A stretch of 58,990 bases of DNA, filler included, from Sphacelaria rigidula (lineage: Eukaryota), in the NCBI GenBank assembly GCA_964200075.2. It is 9 parts of 9 records of this genome, joined end to end, with 100 filler letters (N's around TTAATTAATTAA, not from the genome) between each part and the next. Parts side by side here need not be neighbours in the genome. Positions count along the whole stretch, not along the records: positions 26,265 to 32,730 come from CAXNAA020019906.1; positions 32,831 to 39,295 come from CAXNAA020019907.1; 7 more parts are not named here. The stretch is one strand, 5' to 3'. Positions 26,165 to 39,395 of the stretch are shown here, piece after piece. The notes below the pieces were generated by a model that saw nothing but the letters and a program-made list of their open reading frames with translations, did not search any database and was not told where the DNA came from. The first letter of the stretch is position 1. Each line of letters begins with the position of its first letter. The position numbers and the translations under genes are program-made.

Positions 26165-26264
26165 NNNNNNNNNNNNNNNNNNNNNNNNNNNNNNNNNNNN
26201 NNNNNNNNTTAATTAATTAANNNNNNNNNNNNNNNNNNNNNNNNNNNNNNNNNNNNNNNNNNNN
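26165..26264. other. Artificial contig linker (4 of 8)
   Basis: N44-TTAATTAATTAA-N44. Confidence 0.99.
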
Positions 26265-26452
26265 TGTGGGGAAAGCACTGTTTTAGGCTTGAACCTCATC
26301 TCGGAGTTAAACCTCAATTCGCACAATTTGTTGTTATAGGTACGTTGACACTCAGTATATGTTTTAGCGTCGTAAAAGGTATCCCTGGTTGTTACAGAGG
26401 ACAAGGCTCGACCTTGAACGTGGGCCGACTTCGGGATATCCGTAACAGGGTC

Positions 26453-26719
26453 TGTGACGCTAGCCCGAAGAAGAACTGTTGGATCACTGCTGTTGAGGGA
26501 CTCCCCAGTCTCACTGGACTCAGTTTCAGTTGTCAGCCTTCACAGCATTTCATTATTGGGAGTGCACTTGTAGGCACAGCCTCATAGACCCGCAGGATAT
26601 TATCCTCGTGTCCTCGTTCATTATCCAGAACCCTCCTAGAGTCCTCCAGAATCCCCGTGCCCCCGGTCATGATCCAGATCATCACTACCAAGTCAGCGTA
26701 ACGGCGTAATTTCGTCACA
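26453..26719 (-). mobile_element. Putative 3' LTR (267 bp) of the adjacent Ty3/gypsy element
   Basis: Perfect 7-bp terminal inverted repeat TGTGACG...CGTCACA, preceded on the minus strand by a G-rich PPT-like tract (ttgggggtgc) just downstream of the chromodomain. Confidence 0.65.
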
Positions 26720-26789
26720 GCACCCCCAAAGAGCGTTGGACGAAAATCGATCAACAAGCTTGACACATGGAAAGCGCCAAAGCGATGAG

Positions 26790-28345
26790 CAAGTCGCGAT
26801 TGAAAACAAAACTCACGGGTAATCCGAGCAGCAACGGCATGAGTCACGCGCAATTCACGCCACTTCTTCGTGAGGAATCCCGACTCAGACAAAACCTTGA
26901 GAGATTCCCGCGTACGCTCCTCGGCCTCGAAACCAAACCAGTCGACCAACACGATCAACGAACGATCGTCTGCTTCTGCCACTTGGACAATACCAGCCAT
27001 CTGAAACTGCCCCTGATTGAAAGCGTACTGGAACACGTCCTTAACGTCAGCCGTATCATTAAGCTGCGAGTCTGCATGAAAACGCAAACGAGCTACATGG
27101 GCGGTCTGAACACGACCGGAAACAATGTTCTGGATTTCACACACGTGCGGATGGTGAGCACCACCCACTCTCCACGGACCAGTCCACGTCGCCATCAATT
27201 TGGGAGAATCCCCGGACGACGCACGCGTGCATACGAGACATGGTCACCTACCTCAAAAGTCGGCACTTCCAGCCCCGGCGAGGACCTCTCACGTCCACGC
27301 GCACGTTCAGCGGCAATATCTCCTGCACTTGGACGTGGAAAAGCTCTTGCAAGTCCCAGACTCCTTCCAATGCATGCTTAATTTGACCATCATCCAAGAC
27401 ATTACAATTTCATTTCCCCGCCGACGAAGACGTCAGCACCGAGAAAGACGTCCGAGGAGCATGATCAAACATCACGTGGTACGGCGTTATATCGTAACGA
27501 CGGCGATACGCTGTATGGAGCGTTCATTGCACCGCAGGCAACACGCCCACATACTCGAAAACCGCTCTATGCTGCTCGACAACAATAGAGCGAAGAGCAC
27601 GAACTACTTCCTTGACCATGCGTTCGCACGTGCCGTTAGACCGCAGAGAATACGCCACCGCAAACTGGTGATCAACGTGCGAAGCCTCTCGCAATTGGGC
27701 CAAGTTCGCATTCTTGAAATGCGTGGCGGTGTCACTCACCCACGCACGCGACACCTCCAAAGTTTTGAACCAATTCAGCAAAGATGCAGCAGTCGATTCA
27801 GCAGTACACGCTGCTACTGGTTCTAGAGACCCGAAGTTGCTCAAATCATCCATGATCACTAAAATGTATCGAAACCCCGCATTCTCCGACAAACCTTGGG
27901 AAGCTAGTGGGCCACTCTCGTCCACGTACAAGAAATCAAAACGAACCGCTCCTTTCGGCATGGTTCCATGGACCGTTTCACCGAGCGGGCGGGGAACAAC
28001 ATCGCCCGCCCTCGAGTCAGCACAGTGAAGACACTGGCGGACAAGTTCGTGCATATGAGTTTCTATTCCCTGTCAAACACAAAACCCTTGAAAGCGCACG
28101 AGCGTCGCAGCCACACCACGATGCCCGGCGTCGCGCATATGCGCGCAAATCATCAGACGTACCTGCAATTGCTTGTCAGAACACGGAATCCACAAAACGT
28201 TTCGGCCACGCACATGCACACGAAGCAGACCTTCATTGTCCAAGATAGCAGTACCAACGCCCGACTCGAAAGATTGCACATCCGCATCTTCGGCCCCAAG
28301 GTCTTTTCTTTGCGCTTGGCGGACAACAGGTTTGGACGGCATCGA
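26790..28345 (-). pseudogene. pol: Decayed Ty3/gypsy (chromovirus-like) pol: integrase plus chromodomain
   Basis: HHCC finger (CAHMRDAGHRG...CLHC), DDE core (FDFL, VSDTATHF, NGTCERMVKEV), GPY/F-like WTGPWRV and chromo-like VLVDWFGFEAEERTRES. In-frame TGA at 28073-28075 and 27524-27526 at likely Trp positions, plus frameshifts; RT/RNase H absent. Confidence 0.93.
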
Positions 28346-28410
28346 GTCCTAAGGTTCACACGGACCACACATAGCTACAGCGCGCACAGGCGAAGCCGGA
28401 ATATTCCATA

Positions 28411-28799
28411 CCCCGAACAATACAGTATACAATATATATTGCCCGCTCAATATGTCGACGCGTCGGGTGGCCAATATATATTGGGCGAGCAATATGACGG
28501 CACGAGAGAGGTTTAGTATGTACTGTGCTATCAATATGTCAAGCCTCGAGGTATGCAATACATATCGACCGTACAATCTATCACGACACAGGCCACCTCA
28601 ATATATATGTTGGTCGAGTAACATGCTGGTGCAGTGAGGCACAAATCGATATTTATCGAGTAATATATTGGCTGCCACACGAGCTCGGTGTATATGTATA
28701 TATATATTGATGATTCAATATACTAAACACCCGAAGCGCCAATATATTTTGCCACCCCAATATGTCGTGCGTCAATGCATTCAATATATATTGGGCGTG
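28411..28799. repeat. Element built of CAATATATATTG-type palindromes, abutting the truncated 5' end of the gypsy fragment
   Basis: Repeated caatatatattg/caatatgtcg motifs in both orientations; gggtggccaatatatattgggcg pairs with cgccaatatattttgccaccc. Confidence 0.6.
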
Positions 28800-31013
28800 T
28801 CATGATGATAGATTGCTCTCCTTGGCATCGCGCTTCCATTTTTTTTTCTTTTCCTTTGTTATGATGATGAAAAAGGAGCATGAGAAATCATGCGCCGTTA
28901 TAATCTAGCAAGCTAGGGTGAGAAACAAGTGATACCGAGACGGTAAAACAGCACGCAAACATACCCGCGACTTCAAGGAGGGCGGCAGTCACGCGCAAGG
29001 GTGTAGACGGTTCAAGAGAGCTCAGTTTAAGTGCCGGTTTAAGAGAGGTAAAAAAAGCTTGGCACACCACTCTCTTCAACCAAACCCCGGTTTCTCTCAA
29101 ACCGGACCCATTTTCTTGAACCGAACTCTCTTTTCTCTTAAAGCGGATCCGCCCCCAAATCCCCCGCTCTTTTACTGCACAGTACTGTATCCCGGAAAGC
29201 AACATCTTAGTACGTTCGGCAGTTGAAACACGCAAACAGCTTCAGACTCCACTGACTGCAAGCACGATGCCTTGCGCGGCGGGTATTACAACAGTGTTTA
29301 TACAGCAGTATTGCAGCAGAGAGGTGCAACATGGCGGAGGTGTCGCACCATCTTCGTAAGGCCAGGCCAGCCTGGATGAACGAATTTGGGTCAAGAGAAA
29401 CAAAAGAAACTTGGATGGCAGACTTCATGTAGCGTTGCAGAAGCTGCCGATGAGCGCATGTAATATGTCTGGTGCTGGGTAGGACGAGTGTATAGGTACT
29501 TGGGTTTCATTGGTAGTGGTGAGAGAATCACTTGTATAGCAGTACAGAGTGCAGTACAGTACGAGTGGTTTCCTGTCTTCAGGTCAGCAGAGCCACAATG
29601 TTTCAGCTGACTGACTGTACATACAAAAAAGGATATGTAAACCATGCCATGTACACAAACTTGCACCTTCGACCAAATGCTATTTTTTGGAACCGATGTC
29701 ACGCGATTTGCTTCGGTGGAATTCGGCATGTGCTGCTCTGTTCTGTGGGGATGTGTACAAAGGACGATCTCACGTATCATGAGGGAGTGCCCTTTCACTC
29801 CTTGGCTTGTATAGGACGAGTTCACCGATGAAACACTGCCGTCTCGTGACAGACGTCTTCGAAACAAAACCTAAGGCATACCCGACGCTGCTGATCCTGG
29901 TATCCAAATTTCCGTACTCTCTTGTTCTAGCACGATGTCAGGTACGCCTTTCACTGCAGATGCGTTGGTATGTGGCGGCCACAACTGCTGCTGTTCGTGT
30001 TCTTGTCTTGTTTTCTTCGCAATGGTGGTAAACGTGGGGTGGCAGCTCGGGGGCGCTCGCTTCCCGAGTAGTACAGCAGCTGAACACTAGTGCACCAAGA
30101 GTTTCCACCCACTGATCTGGAGCGAGTTATCTGGAGGAACGATATAATCTAAACACCGAGCAGCACTCACAGGCTTGAAGATATGTACCATGTTTATGTA
30201 GTACATTTCATATGAACCAGGTCGTCGTTTTTAGGTGACGCGTGTATTTTTGGCTCACCTCCCACAGATAGGGGTCACTCGACGTGAATTGAAATATTTT
30301 CGCGTTCTAGATTGACAGCTGCACAGTCGTCATGTGCTCGTTTCAACTCTGTGTACAGCACTTTGATCTCACCCCACTTTTGTGCAGGCCGGAACACAGC
30401 ATGCAGCACCACAACTGTTCACGCACTCTCCAGCAAACATCACACTGTGCTCGCCGTAGAGTGTGTAGATGCACAACAGCACAGCGACGACTACAGCGAA
30501 GAAATGATGGGTGTGGGAAGCGCCTTGTTCGTTTGACTGGAGTGTCTAGAGACCGCTGCGTGCCGAAAGCATCATTTTTCGAAGCGGACGCCGTGAAAGA
30601 AATAAAGCAACTCAGGCAGTCAGTCCCGGCGGAGACCAAGCCGTCTTCGAAACGGCCTGGAGACACCACAGCGCAGCGACAGCTACAGCGCAAGAGACAG
30701 AGCTTGAGTGTGTTTGTGCTGCGGCACAGTGACACAGGACATGTCCCATGCGATAGTTGTTCCCCAGACTTCGGATGGGCTCGATTTTGGCAGAGGGGCG
30801 GTTCTCAATCGCTGGGTCAATTTATTTCACCTTGAGTTATCTCCCTGCTCGCTGCTCTGCCTTGCCTGTTGTGGGATCGGATGATCAGCGGTACGATAGC
30901 TCCCTTGCGGGATTGGATGATACACCATCGTTGTACCATTTGTCTACTGCCTGCTGTGCGGTATCTATATGTACCGTAGGTTGTACGAGTTGTCTGCTGT
31001 CTGCTGTGCGGTA

Positions 31014-31341
31014 AACACGGGATCTTACACATTGGGGGTGGATCTTTCATTGGGGATGGGAAACCCGGAGAATTAAAATCTTCGTATCTACACCAAATCT
31101 TCGAAATAGGGTTCCATTTCTTCACCTACTGATAGCTATTGACAACTGCTACACGCCATAGAAGTTGGAATTTCGATCACCGAAATGTTGGAGTCCTAGG
31201 TGAAAAAACAGTTTCGGAACCATTTTGGCGTCCGGAAATGGAACCGTATTTCGAAGATTTGGTGTAGATACGAAGATTTTATTTCTCCAGGTTTCCCATC
31301 CCCAATAAAAGCTCCATCCCCAATTTGTAAGATCACGTGTT
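31014..31341. mobile_element. MITE with ~105-bp high-identity TIRs
   Basis: aacacgggatcttac...aaaatcttcgtatctacaccaaatcttcgaaata.ggttccatttc and its reverse complement at 31235-31341; no clear TSD. Confidence 0.85.
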
Positions 31342-31395
31342 GGTATCTGTGTGTACAGTAGGTTCTAAAAAGCACAACACTACTGTAGGCGTGCT

Positions 31396-31625
31396 CAGGT
31401 TCTAAAAAGTGACACTGCAACCACTGCAACCACTGCAGGAACTCTGTATTGTGTTCAGTGTACTAGTCTGTACTCCGTATAATGGGGTCACGTTTTGAGC
31501 AGGTTTCGAAAAGTTCTGCTTGTTTTCAAAAAGTATTCCGAAATAAACGAGACAATTTTCTGTCACAGAAATCCAATGCCGAATCTGGAATGGCCTGAGA
31601 CAACAACCAATTTGAAAATTGGAAT
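31396..31625 (+). repeat. Dispersed repeat shared with ~58640-58878
   Basis: Near-identical ttttctgtcacagaaatc.aatgccgaatctggaat.gcctgagacaacaaccaatttgaaaattggaat in contigs 5 and 9. Confidence 0.88.
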
Positions 31626-32730
31626 GGGGTAGCTAGTGTGTTGGCTGGGGTCTCTCCGTATGAGTGCCAGGGGATACCATGGTGCCAACCCACCAAGCTA
31701 CCAACGTGGACAACATCATACAGACCTTAGCTATCCATCACGTACACACTACACACCATAGTTCTTATGTATACTGTTGGTTGGAGACTCACATGTTTGA
31801 TAGCATCATATATATTATATCAACAAGTAGCTCTCTAACTCAGTACAGTCGGGGCGCAGCCATAGGAGCAGAGCGTGGTGATGGGGCTAGCGTAGCTGAA
31901 ATGACTAGGCTAGCAAGCAAGGCAGAGCCAGCAAGTGATCGAAGGTGGGTGGGTTGGCATTTGGCCACGCCGGAGCCCAAAGAAACCCAAAGAGTGACAA
32001 TAACAAACGCGGTAACAACGCGTCACGGAACGCAAGGTCTACGTGCAGACCCGCACATCGTGAAGTCTTGCAATGCCGCTGAGCTTCATCACAATAGCCC
32101 ACCCTAGACCAGTCCTCATGCAGTTGAATCAACATGACCTTGGCACCGTGTAATTCCTTCAAGAACCGTCAAAATGCACCGACAAAGGGCTCTTCTACAC
32201 TAGACACTCGTACGAAAACATGAAGCGAAGAAAAAATAAACATATTCTCTCCCACACCTCTATGGGCGAGCGTCGCTGCGACCCGTCACACCAAACGTTC
32301 ACTCCACAAAAATAAAACGTTGTATCTACGTGACATTCACAATACTTCATGCTGAACAAAAAAACACAAACGCAAGTCCATCTACAAAGTAAAGCACTGA
32401 ATGGTACGCATGTGTGGACTCCATCTATCGACGGAACAAGGAGGGAATGCCAGATAATCCGGGAAGAAGGGAGGGAAAACGCAGTTGCCGCGTAGCATCG
32501 CGGCAACTGCTTTTGTCGGACGCAGATCCAAGTGAGCTCCACGTCTTGTCTGACTCCGTCCCGACACATCCGTCGCGCATAGCGAGAGTGGCACCCCGCT
32601 CGTTTCCGTGGCAGGGCGTTTGACGTATCAAACCTGCCTTGAAAAAGGCGTGCGACGTGAAGTACAATGCGATGGGGGGGGGGGGGGGGGGGGGTACTTT
32701 TTTTTTTTTTTCCTTTGTTGTTTTACCATT

Positions 32731-32830
32731 NNNNNNNNNNNNNNNNNNNNNNNNNNNNNNNNNNNNNNNNNNNNTTAATTAATTAANNNNNNNNNNNNNN
32801 NNNNNNNNNNNNNNNNNNNNNNNNNNNNNN
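32731..32830. other. Artificial contig linker (5 of 8)
   Basis: N44-TTAATTAATTAA-N44. Confidence 0.99.
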
Positions 32831-34937
32831 GATAGACATTGCCAACGACAATAGGAAGATATAATTGTCGACCAATGGCCATAACGGACGACAATATTGG
32901 CATTTACTGTAGCAGATAGATGCCGTCTATTGTCCAGGGTGTGAAAATCTGTCACTCCACCTTTCGAAGAACCGTTGTACTCGGGAGTACCCCCCACACG
33001 TTTTGATCCTTCACCTACCCTAAAAAAACAAGAGCGCATCATATCGTATCTTGCTTTGTTGTATTTTCTTGGATATACCCCAGATTCCGAACCTGCTAAC
33101 CCGTCTGGGATTTTTTTTCAAACTTTTGAATAAGTCAAAGTCGAATATCTTTTCCCATTTGTGTCCAAACGTTTAACGTATAGCTCACAACGCCTAGAAA
33201 CACCATAGCATAATCCCTGTACCCCGGAGTAGAACTCTTCAACGTTGTTTTACCCCGGTTCCCACACGCACACGTCCTGCGTTCAACCAGTGGAACTGGT
33301 TCAGTACAAAACGATGAAGCCTCCGAGAGGTTGGCTCACCACACCTGTCCAACGGCCTCAGAACAGATGGACACCCATGAAAGACTCGTGATCAGTTGAT
33401 CCGTCGGATACATGCGACAGGTGTAGAATCCGAACCTTGGGCCGAACCCCCCGAAGCAAGAATTGTCTTTGATATAACACTAACCCCATCCCTAACCACA
33501 ACGGAGGCATGCCGATCACCCTCGTGCAAGGGGGATGCTTTGTCTTCCCGAGGCGAAGGGTGCGTTGCCAGACCTCAAATCGGCGCCCCAGGCGCCGAGA
33601 TAGATAAGAACGCGTTCTGGGCATGCTACGAGCACAGCCTCATGAAATGTCCCGCAATCGACTTCCAGACCATGAACCAAGACTGTGGTGCAAGATGGAC
33701 CAACTTGCCCTTCTGAATTGGGAAATATGCTGCGTGAAGACGACGCTAAAGAGAGCATAAGCCGCCGGCACACTTTCGCTGAAGCCACATGGCAGAGAAG
33801 CCCATCATGTCTTTCAGCATTCCCACCCGTCCCAAGACACGCATCTGTTGTATCGGCAGTGGTGGGTGATGGACGACCGTTTCTTCCATTTCCTCTTGCA
33901 ACGCAGCGTCGTTGAAGTCCAACAGACCCCTGGACCGCGAGGGCCGTCCATATAGACCATGCATGCTTGAAAGTGGTGCCGATTCAGCAGGAGACCAACC
34001 CTCGCGGTCATAGGGTTACTATAATATTGGTGGAATGAAAAGCCGTGTACATGGAACTGCAAATACACTGGCATAAGGCGAGTGGCAGCCGATAAAATCA
34101 AGCTCACTGAACATGACGAGAAGGTGGACCAACACCCGCCCAGCCCACATGGCACACCCGGTGACTATCTGTACCCCACTCCTCTGTGTAGGGACCGTGC
34201 TCGTTGAAGTTCATGAGAAGATATGGCTTTGTCGCATGTTGACCACATGGTGTATGTTGACCCAATTTCGATCCGCATCCTTAATAATGATCAAATTCAT
34301 GGTTTCAGCTACCAGCGTAAGGCTCCAAATGTTCACGGTTGCCCTTACTTGATTTGAGTCTGCACAACGAGAATCAGAACATTGGGGGGACTGACGGTCC
34401 CGGGTTCTCCTCGGGTTCACAGAACGCGTTTTCGTCGTAATCGGCCGCACAGGCGTCGACATGAAGTTGATACCAAGGCCCCATTTTGTTCAAGGAACGT
34501 ATGTTCCGCCCTTGCACGAGTGTCCTCGATGTGCGTAGGGTTGACCCAACCCAACTAGCCTCCTTGCATGCCGGGGTATCGCGAGCGCGGACGAAAAGCG
34601 ACCCAGTGGCCTGTAATATATGAGCAACGGAAATAACGGTAGGATTCCAACTTTGATATTCAGTCCACCTTTTCTCGATGAGAGTTTTGTATCCATGGCG
34701 TTCTCTTCCGATGACGTGAGGCACATGTTACCCACAAACCTGGATAAGCAAGCCCCCGAAGTTGGTATGTTCTTGTCCGTTCGTGATATAGGTCGGAGAC
34801 ACTTTTCATGCCTATTTTGGGGGGTCAGGCGAGCCCATATCACACGCGGCCATTCGGCTGCTGTCTTGAAATCGTCTATCGTGCTTTTCATCCTCTGGAG
34901 GGTAGATGGCCCCCCCCTTCCCTCGGGATGAGTCCGT

Positions 34938-35188
34938 GGTCTCAAGGGATCAACCCGTCGCTTCCCCGGTAGATGCCTTTCCTTTTTTTGATGTCGCGGA
35001 TTGGGTCAGCACTCTCGCATAGCGTCTACTCACGTGACATGAACCCAAGCGAAAAATTAGTTCACTCACATTCTCATGTTTTCCACGGTGGAACTCATAC
35101 ACTACGAAGAAGAAACCCAATGCATCTGGAATCGAACCCCGTTTTCTGCACCCTGATGGCGAAATTTGGACCATTACACGACCGGGGC
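34938..35188 (-). mobile_element. tRNA-derived SINE
   Basis: Minus strand starts gccccggtcgtgtaatggtc (A-box-like), has ggttcgattcc (B box), then a non-tRNA body shared with the copy at 41832-42340. Confidence 0.8.
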
Positions 35189-37885
35189 AGACTCTTCTCG
35201 AGGATGAAATACCATCTAAACGTGTTTTTTTCCTCTGGAATGGACATCAACGAGCCCTCTGCAGATCGTCTGATGTTCCATTGACTTTTGGGTGCAGAAA
35301 ACCCTGTAGGGTTGCTTCATCCGTCTAGAATGGACATCAACGAATCCTCTGGAGGGCATCCGATGCTCCAGTGAGTAGCCCTCAAGTTTCCCGAATCTGT
35401 CCGATATGTACATGACCATATCGCTGCTGCTGTGGAATGCATACCCCAGCAATCTTGTGCTATTTTCTCACCCGCCGCGTTCACAGATCGAACCATGCTA
35501 ACGCGCCCACAAGACTTATTCCCAGCTATACCACCACAAAAAACCTGCAGGAAAGAGCATGGATTGGGCACGGGCGCGGCGGCGGAACCACGCGGGGGTA
35601 CATGTGGGGTATGCGAGGAATGACCGGCTTACTGCCTACACCCTCGACACTATCGCCATCAATGTACATTCATGAAAAAAAAGTTTTCGGTTTCAGTAGT
35701 CTATTAGTAGACCATGTACTACGGGTTTCACCGAACCTGGATCTATACAAAAGGCGAGGTGTATTCCCATATTTCACCATCTACCCACCAGCCACAGCTG
35801 TGTAGCGCGGCCGTGTGGACATACACTCAAGTATGTGGGACTTGAACAGCACAGGCTGATCGTAAATGAGTTATTTCTTTGCCCAATTAGGCCAACTCTC
35901 ATGGGAGCGTTTAGAATTCTACTTCGCAAGATTTCAAACGACTCTTTTCTTGCTCTGCCGTAGTTGTGTATTTCGCGTCCGCTCACCATGATGGGAAATG
36001 AAAAAAAATGCCTGTGAAACTGTTGCAAAATAGAAATTTCGAACGCTCATAAGAGTTGGCACTACAGGATGATGTAATAGGCAAGAAGAAGGTTCATTTC
36101 GAACAGCTGTTCCCTTACAAATTCCACCCCACCAGTGGATGAGGATTTGTACAGCCTCTGCTGTCCGAAATGAACCCACTGTGCCCAACGTCGGGCATGG
36201 AGGATTCACTTCGAACAGCAGAGGTTGTCCGAATTGCGTTTTCCATAGCATGTGCGTGCCTTCAAAAACAACGCTGATGATTTTTTATTTTGACACAGAC
36301 CTTCCAGGGAGACACCAACCTTGAAAACCCTCTAGAAGGTTACAAATGCCCAATATCCTCTAGAGCGCAGTTGAAAACCCGATGCTGGATAGGGTTTCGT
36401 TTTACCGAATCCTCTGCAGGTAGCCGAATGGCCGCGTGTGTGACTGTCCTAATCTCTGGTGAAACTGTGTACCGCCCTCGTGTGGGCGGGACCTATTTCC
36501 AGAAAAGGTGGGCAACTCGATGTACATTCATTTACACACATTCTTGGTAGCATGGAGTCGGAGATCCCGCCCCTCTCGGTTGGGTAGGCTGTGATGCATG
36601 GGGTACCGCGTGTGTTCGGAACCGCATCAAAGTTTAAACCCCCATGGTTAGGGTGAGGGTGAGGGTGAGGGTTGGCGTCAGGGTTAGCGGCGTGGTCCGT
36701 GTAGGAAAGCGTGGATCCTAGGGTGTTCTGAACCACGATGCGGTATTCCAAGCATGCGGTCCTGCAACGCATCACGGGACAACTCAACGCAAGTCTGACA
36801 TTTTCGGAAACTTGAAACACTCTGCGTACAGCTTGGGCGGGACACACATGGCTCACCACACCTTTCATTTATGCTGTAGTTGTCGCCGTGCTGTTGTACA
36901 TTTGAATACTCTCACGACGAACATGGTGTGATGGCGCTGAAAAGTGCTTGGACAGTTATACTTCTGTATGCCGTGTTTCGGTCAGCACAAAATCGGGGTG
37001 GAATCAATGTCCCGTCTGCTCGAAGTTCAAACGATTACGTGACGGCTGTGCGGCTGTCTGTTGCGTCTTCTCTGGCCCTTCAGCTTCAGTCGAGTGTTGC
37101 AGTAATCGAAGAACATACCCGATGCGGGAGCGAGTAGGTTTGGTCAAACAAACTGCGCCAACACGGAGCTGCTGTATCTCCACAGACCGATGCTAACAGC
37201 TGTCTGACTCAAAGCGGCACATTGGTTGAGACAATCACAGCTATTTTGCCGCTCATGAACCACGTTCCTCTCATCCGATATGTGAAGGTTACAAATCTGG
37301 TTGTAAACCCCGCTCCGATTGTATAAAATGCGAGGATGTGGTAAAATTATCGGCGTAAAACATCACGACATGTAGCAGGCGTTTATCCGAAGAAGCGTAA
37401 ACGAAGGACACGGTGGTTGATAACATCACATATGGCCCACGGCTTTCGTTTTCCCCACACTGTGGTGAAACAGTGGAAAGATCAGGCAACTTTTGCGGTA
37501 CACTGTGGCAAAAACGTCGAATCATTACCGCCGCCGTATTCCACTCAATTCTACTATCATCCGGGGCATCAATTCCAATTTCCACCCTATCCACACCGAT
37601 GTTCCGCCTTAATACGACGGAGGTCCTTTCTACTGCAAGAGCAACATCCGCATCCCAGCCATGCAGGTACAGCCGTTATAAAAATGTACGATCACACTTC
37701 GAGAGCATCCCACCGATGTTGCGGCGTTTAAGGCGCGAATTTTCGAACTCGTCAACGAGGGACGTCACGCAGGAGATAAGCGGACCATCGTTATGTTGTC
37801 GGAATGCACACGATTGAAGTTTTCCTGCTCGGTAGAGGGGTTTCCACGGTACAATGTCCGCCGATCATCCCACGTGTGCGTGCAG

Positions 37886-37939
37886 GGCTGTGGCAGCCGC
37901 TTCTTCAGGAAAATGCTAGGACGTCGGCAGCTAAACCAG
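37886..37939 (+). CDS. ROCO LRR-GTPase, short linker exon (GLWQPLLQENARTSAAKPG)
   Basis: gtgcag| and CAG|gtgggt boundaries, 54 bp, phase 1 at both ends, in frame with 38542; resembles the GLW... segment I recall preceding the last LRR in brown-algal ROCOs. Confidence 0.6.
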
Positions 37940-38541
37940 GTGGGTTGGTAAATGTGCTCGACGACGACGATTTGCGGCTTTCGATACGTTGCACGGTTAC
38001 ATGGTGTGGTTCGCAGGACTGTGCAAACTTGTAATTCGGGACATGAAGTAGAGTTTTGGGGGAAAATTACTCTCGAAGGTCCCGTTGTATGTCTGCTCCG
38101 CCCTTGAAGAAGAGAACATTGAGGAATCGGAAAAATATTTGTGAAGCCTCCGTGTTCAGTTTAGGACGCTCATCACAGGCGGCGCGACCTCACCTGCCTT
38201 TGAGAACCGTGAAGGGATGTCACGCGACGATCCACAGCTATATTTTTATGTCGTACGTGTTAGTCCACGGTGTTGACGCAATGCTACCCCCCGTATGAAT
38301 GATATTACACCATCTTCTCCCTAATTGGAATTTAGGTTTGGGTTGTTAGTAGGCACCAAGTTCAGACCTGGGACGTTACAGCTCCTACATGACTGGAAAC
38401 ATGCGATGTAGATGGCAGATTGGCGACCTGGACAATATTGAGAAATGAATCGTGTGCGATGCGGTCCACCCTGGCCGTTGACATCCAATTTTTATGTTTC
38501 CGCCCTACCGCACGTGCCCCGTTTCATTTGGCATATTCAAG

Positions 38542-38764
38542 GTGGTCTTCCCGTGAAATTGGCCTCTTTGCTGGACTGCCTTGAAAAAGTGGTCATCTTG
38601 TCCCTTGACCAAAATCCGTGGGAGTACCCTCCCGAGTCAATTGTGACGGGGGGTATGCCAGCGGTGAGGGGGTACTACGAAGCCATGTTCAGGGGCGGAA
38701 CTTTCAAAGTGACCCGACCACTCAAGGTCGTCATCGTTGGAAAGGAGACTGTTGGCAAAACGAG
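38542..38764 (+). CDS. ROCO LRR-GTPase exon: last LRR, hinge and ROC P-loop
   Basis: ttcaag| and AG|gtacaa boundaries. GGLPVKLASLLDCLEKVVILSLDQNPWEYPPESIVTGGMPAVRGYYEAMF...PLKVVIVGKETVGKT gives the LxLxxNPWxxPPxxIV hinge plus GxxxxGKT(S). Confidence 0.92.
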
Positions 38765-39264
38765 GTACAAAGTTGTTTCTTCTCCTGTTCTGCATTTCAT
38801 TTTCCATTTTTCTCAAGGTTAGGGTGAGGGTTAGAGTTGGGGAATGATCCCGCTGTCGTTTGCGCACCCCACTTATACTCATTTTCGACAGGTGACACAG
38901 AGACCGTGCTGTTCATACTCTTTTGTACTGTGGAAGCTAATCTCTTGCTTGGCAAGATATTGCATCCAAGACGTATTGGGACCATGCCCTTCAGGAAGAC
39001 GTCCCTAGACTACACTACCTTGCCCTCCCGGCGGCACGGCCAGGAAATTCCTTGTATTTTTCATTAACCAAGTTGTAGTCGCCGCACATCCTCGTGATGT
39101 CACTTGACGGGGAGATGCTGCTGGGATCGGACTTCATGAGGTTGAAAGTGGTTCTTGACCATGCGCTCAGGAGACTTGACCGACGTCAGATGCCATGTGA
39201 TGATTGATGGTGAACTGGATGGAGCCATGTTGACTCATGTCATGTGATCTATGCACTGCCGCAG

Positions 39265-39295
39265 TCTACGTCACAGCATCAAGACCGGGAAGCCA
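39265..39295 (+). CDS. ROCO next exon, truncated by the contig end (S-LRHSIKTGKP)
   Basis: ccgcag| acceptor; phase 2 completes AG|T = Ser, giving GKTSLRHSIKTGKP. Confidence 0.8.
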
Positions 39296-39395
39296 NNNNN
39301 NNNNNNNNNNNNNNNNNNNNNNNNNNNNNNNNNNNNNNNTTAATTAATTAANNNNNNNNNNNNNNNNNNNNNNNNNNNNNNNNNNNNNNNNNNNN
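39296..39395. other. Artificial contig linker (6 of 8)
   Basis: N44-TTAATTAATTAA-N44. Confidence 0.99.

Noticed and set aside
26767..28516. Long plus-strand ORFs of 204, 208 and 182 aa
   Set aside because: Antisense to the gypsy integrase; no motifs.
29200..30700. Possible decayed hAT/pogo-like coding fragments
   Set aside because: Only vague resemblance in short interrupted frames.
33685..33760. GPTCPSELGNM as an LRR exon of the ROCO gene
   Set aside because: No LxxLxLxxNxL continuation, no 72-bp phase-1 splice pair, and it overlaps the end of a repeat copy.
35115..35188. Functional tRNA gene
   Set aside because: A and B boxes are present but I could not form an acceptor stem, and it continues into a body shared with another copy; it is a SINE head.
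36646..36690. TTAGGG/TGAGGG runs (also 38818-38842) as true telomeres
   Set aside because: Short, degenerate and internal to contigs.
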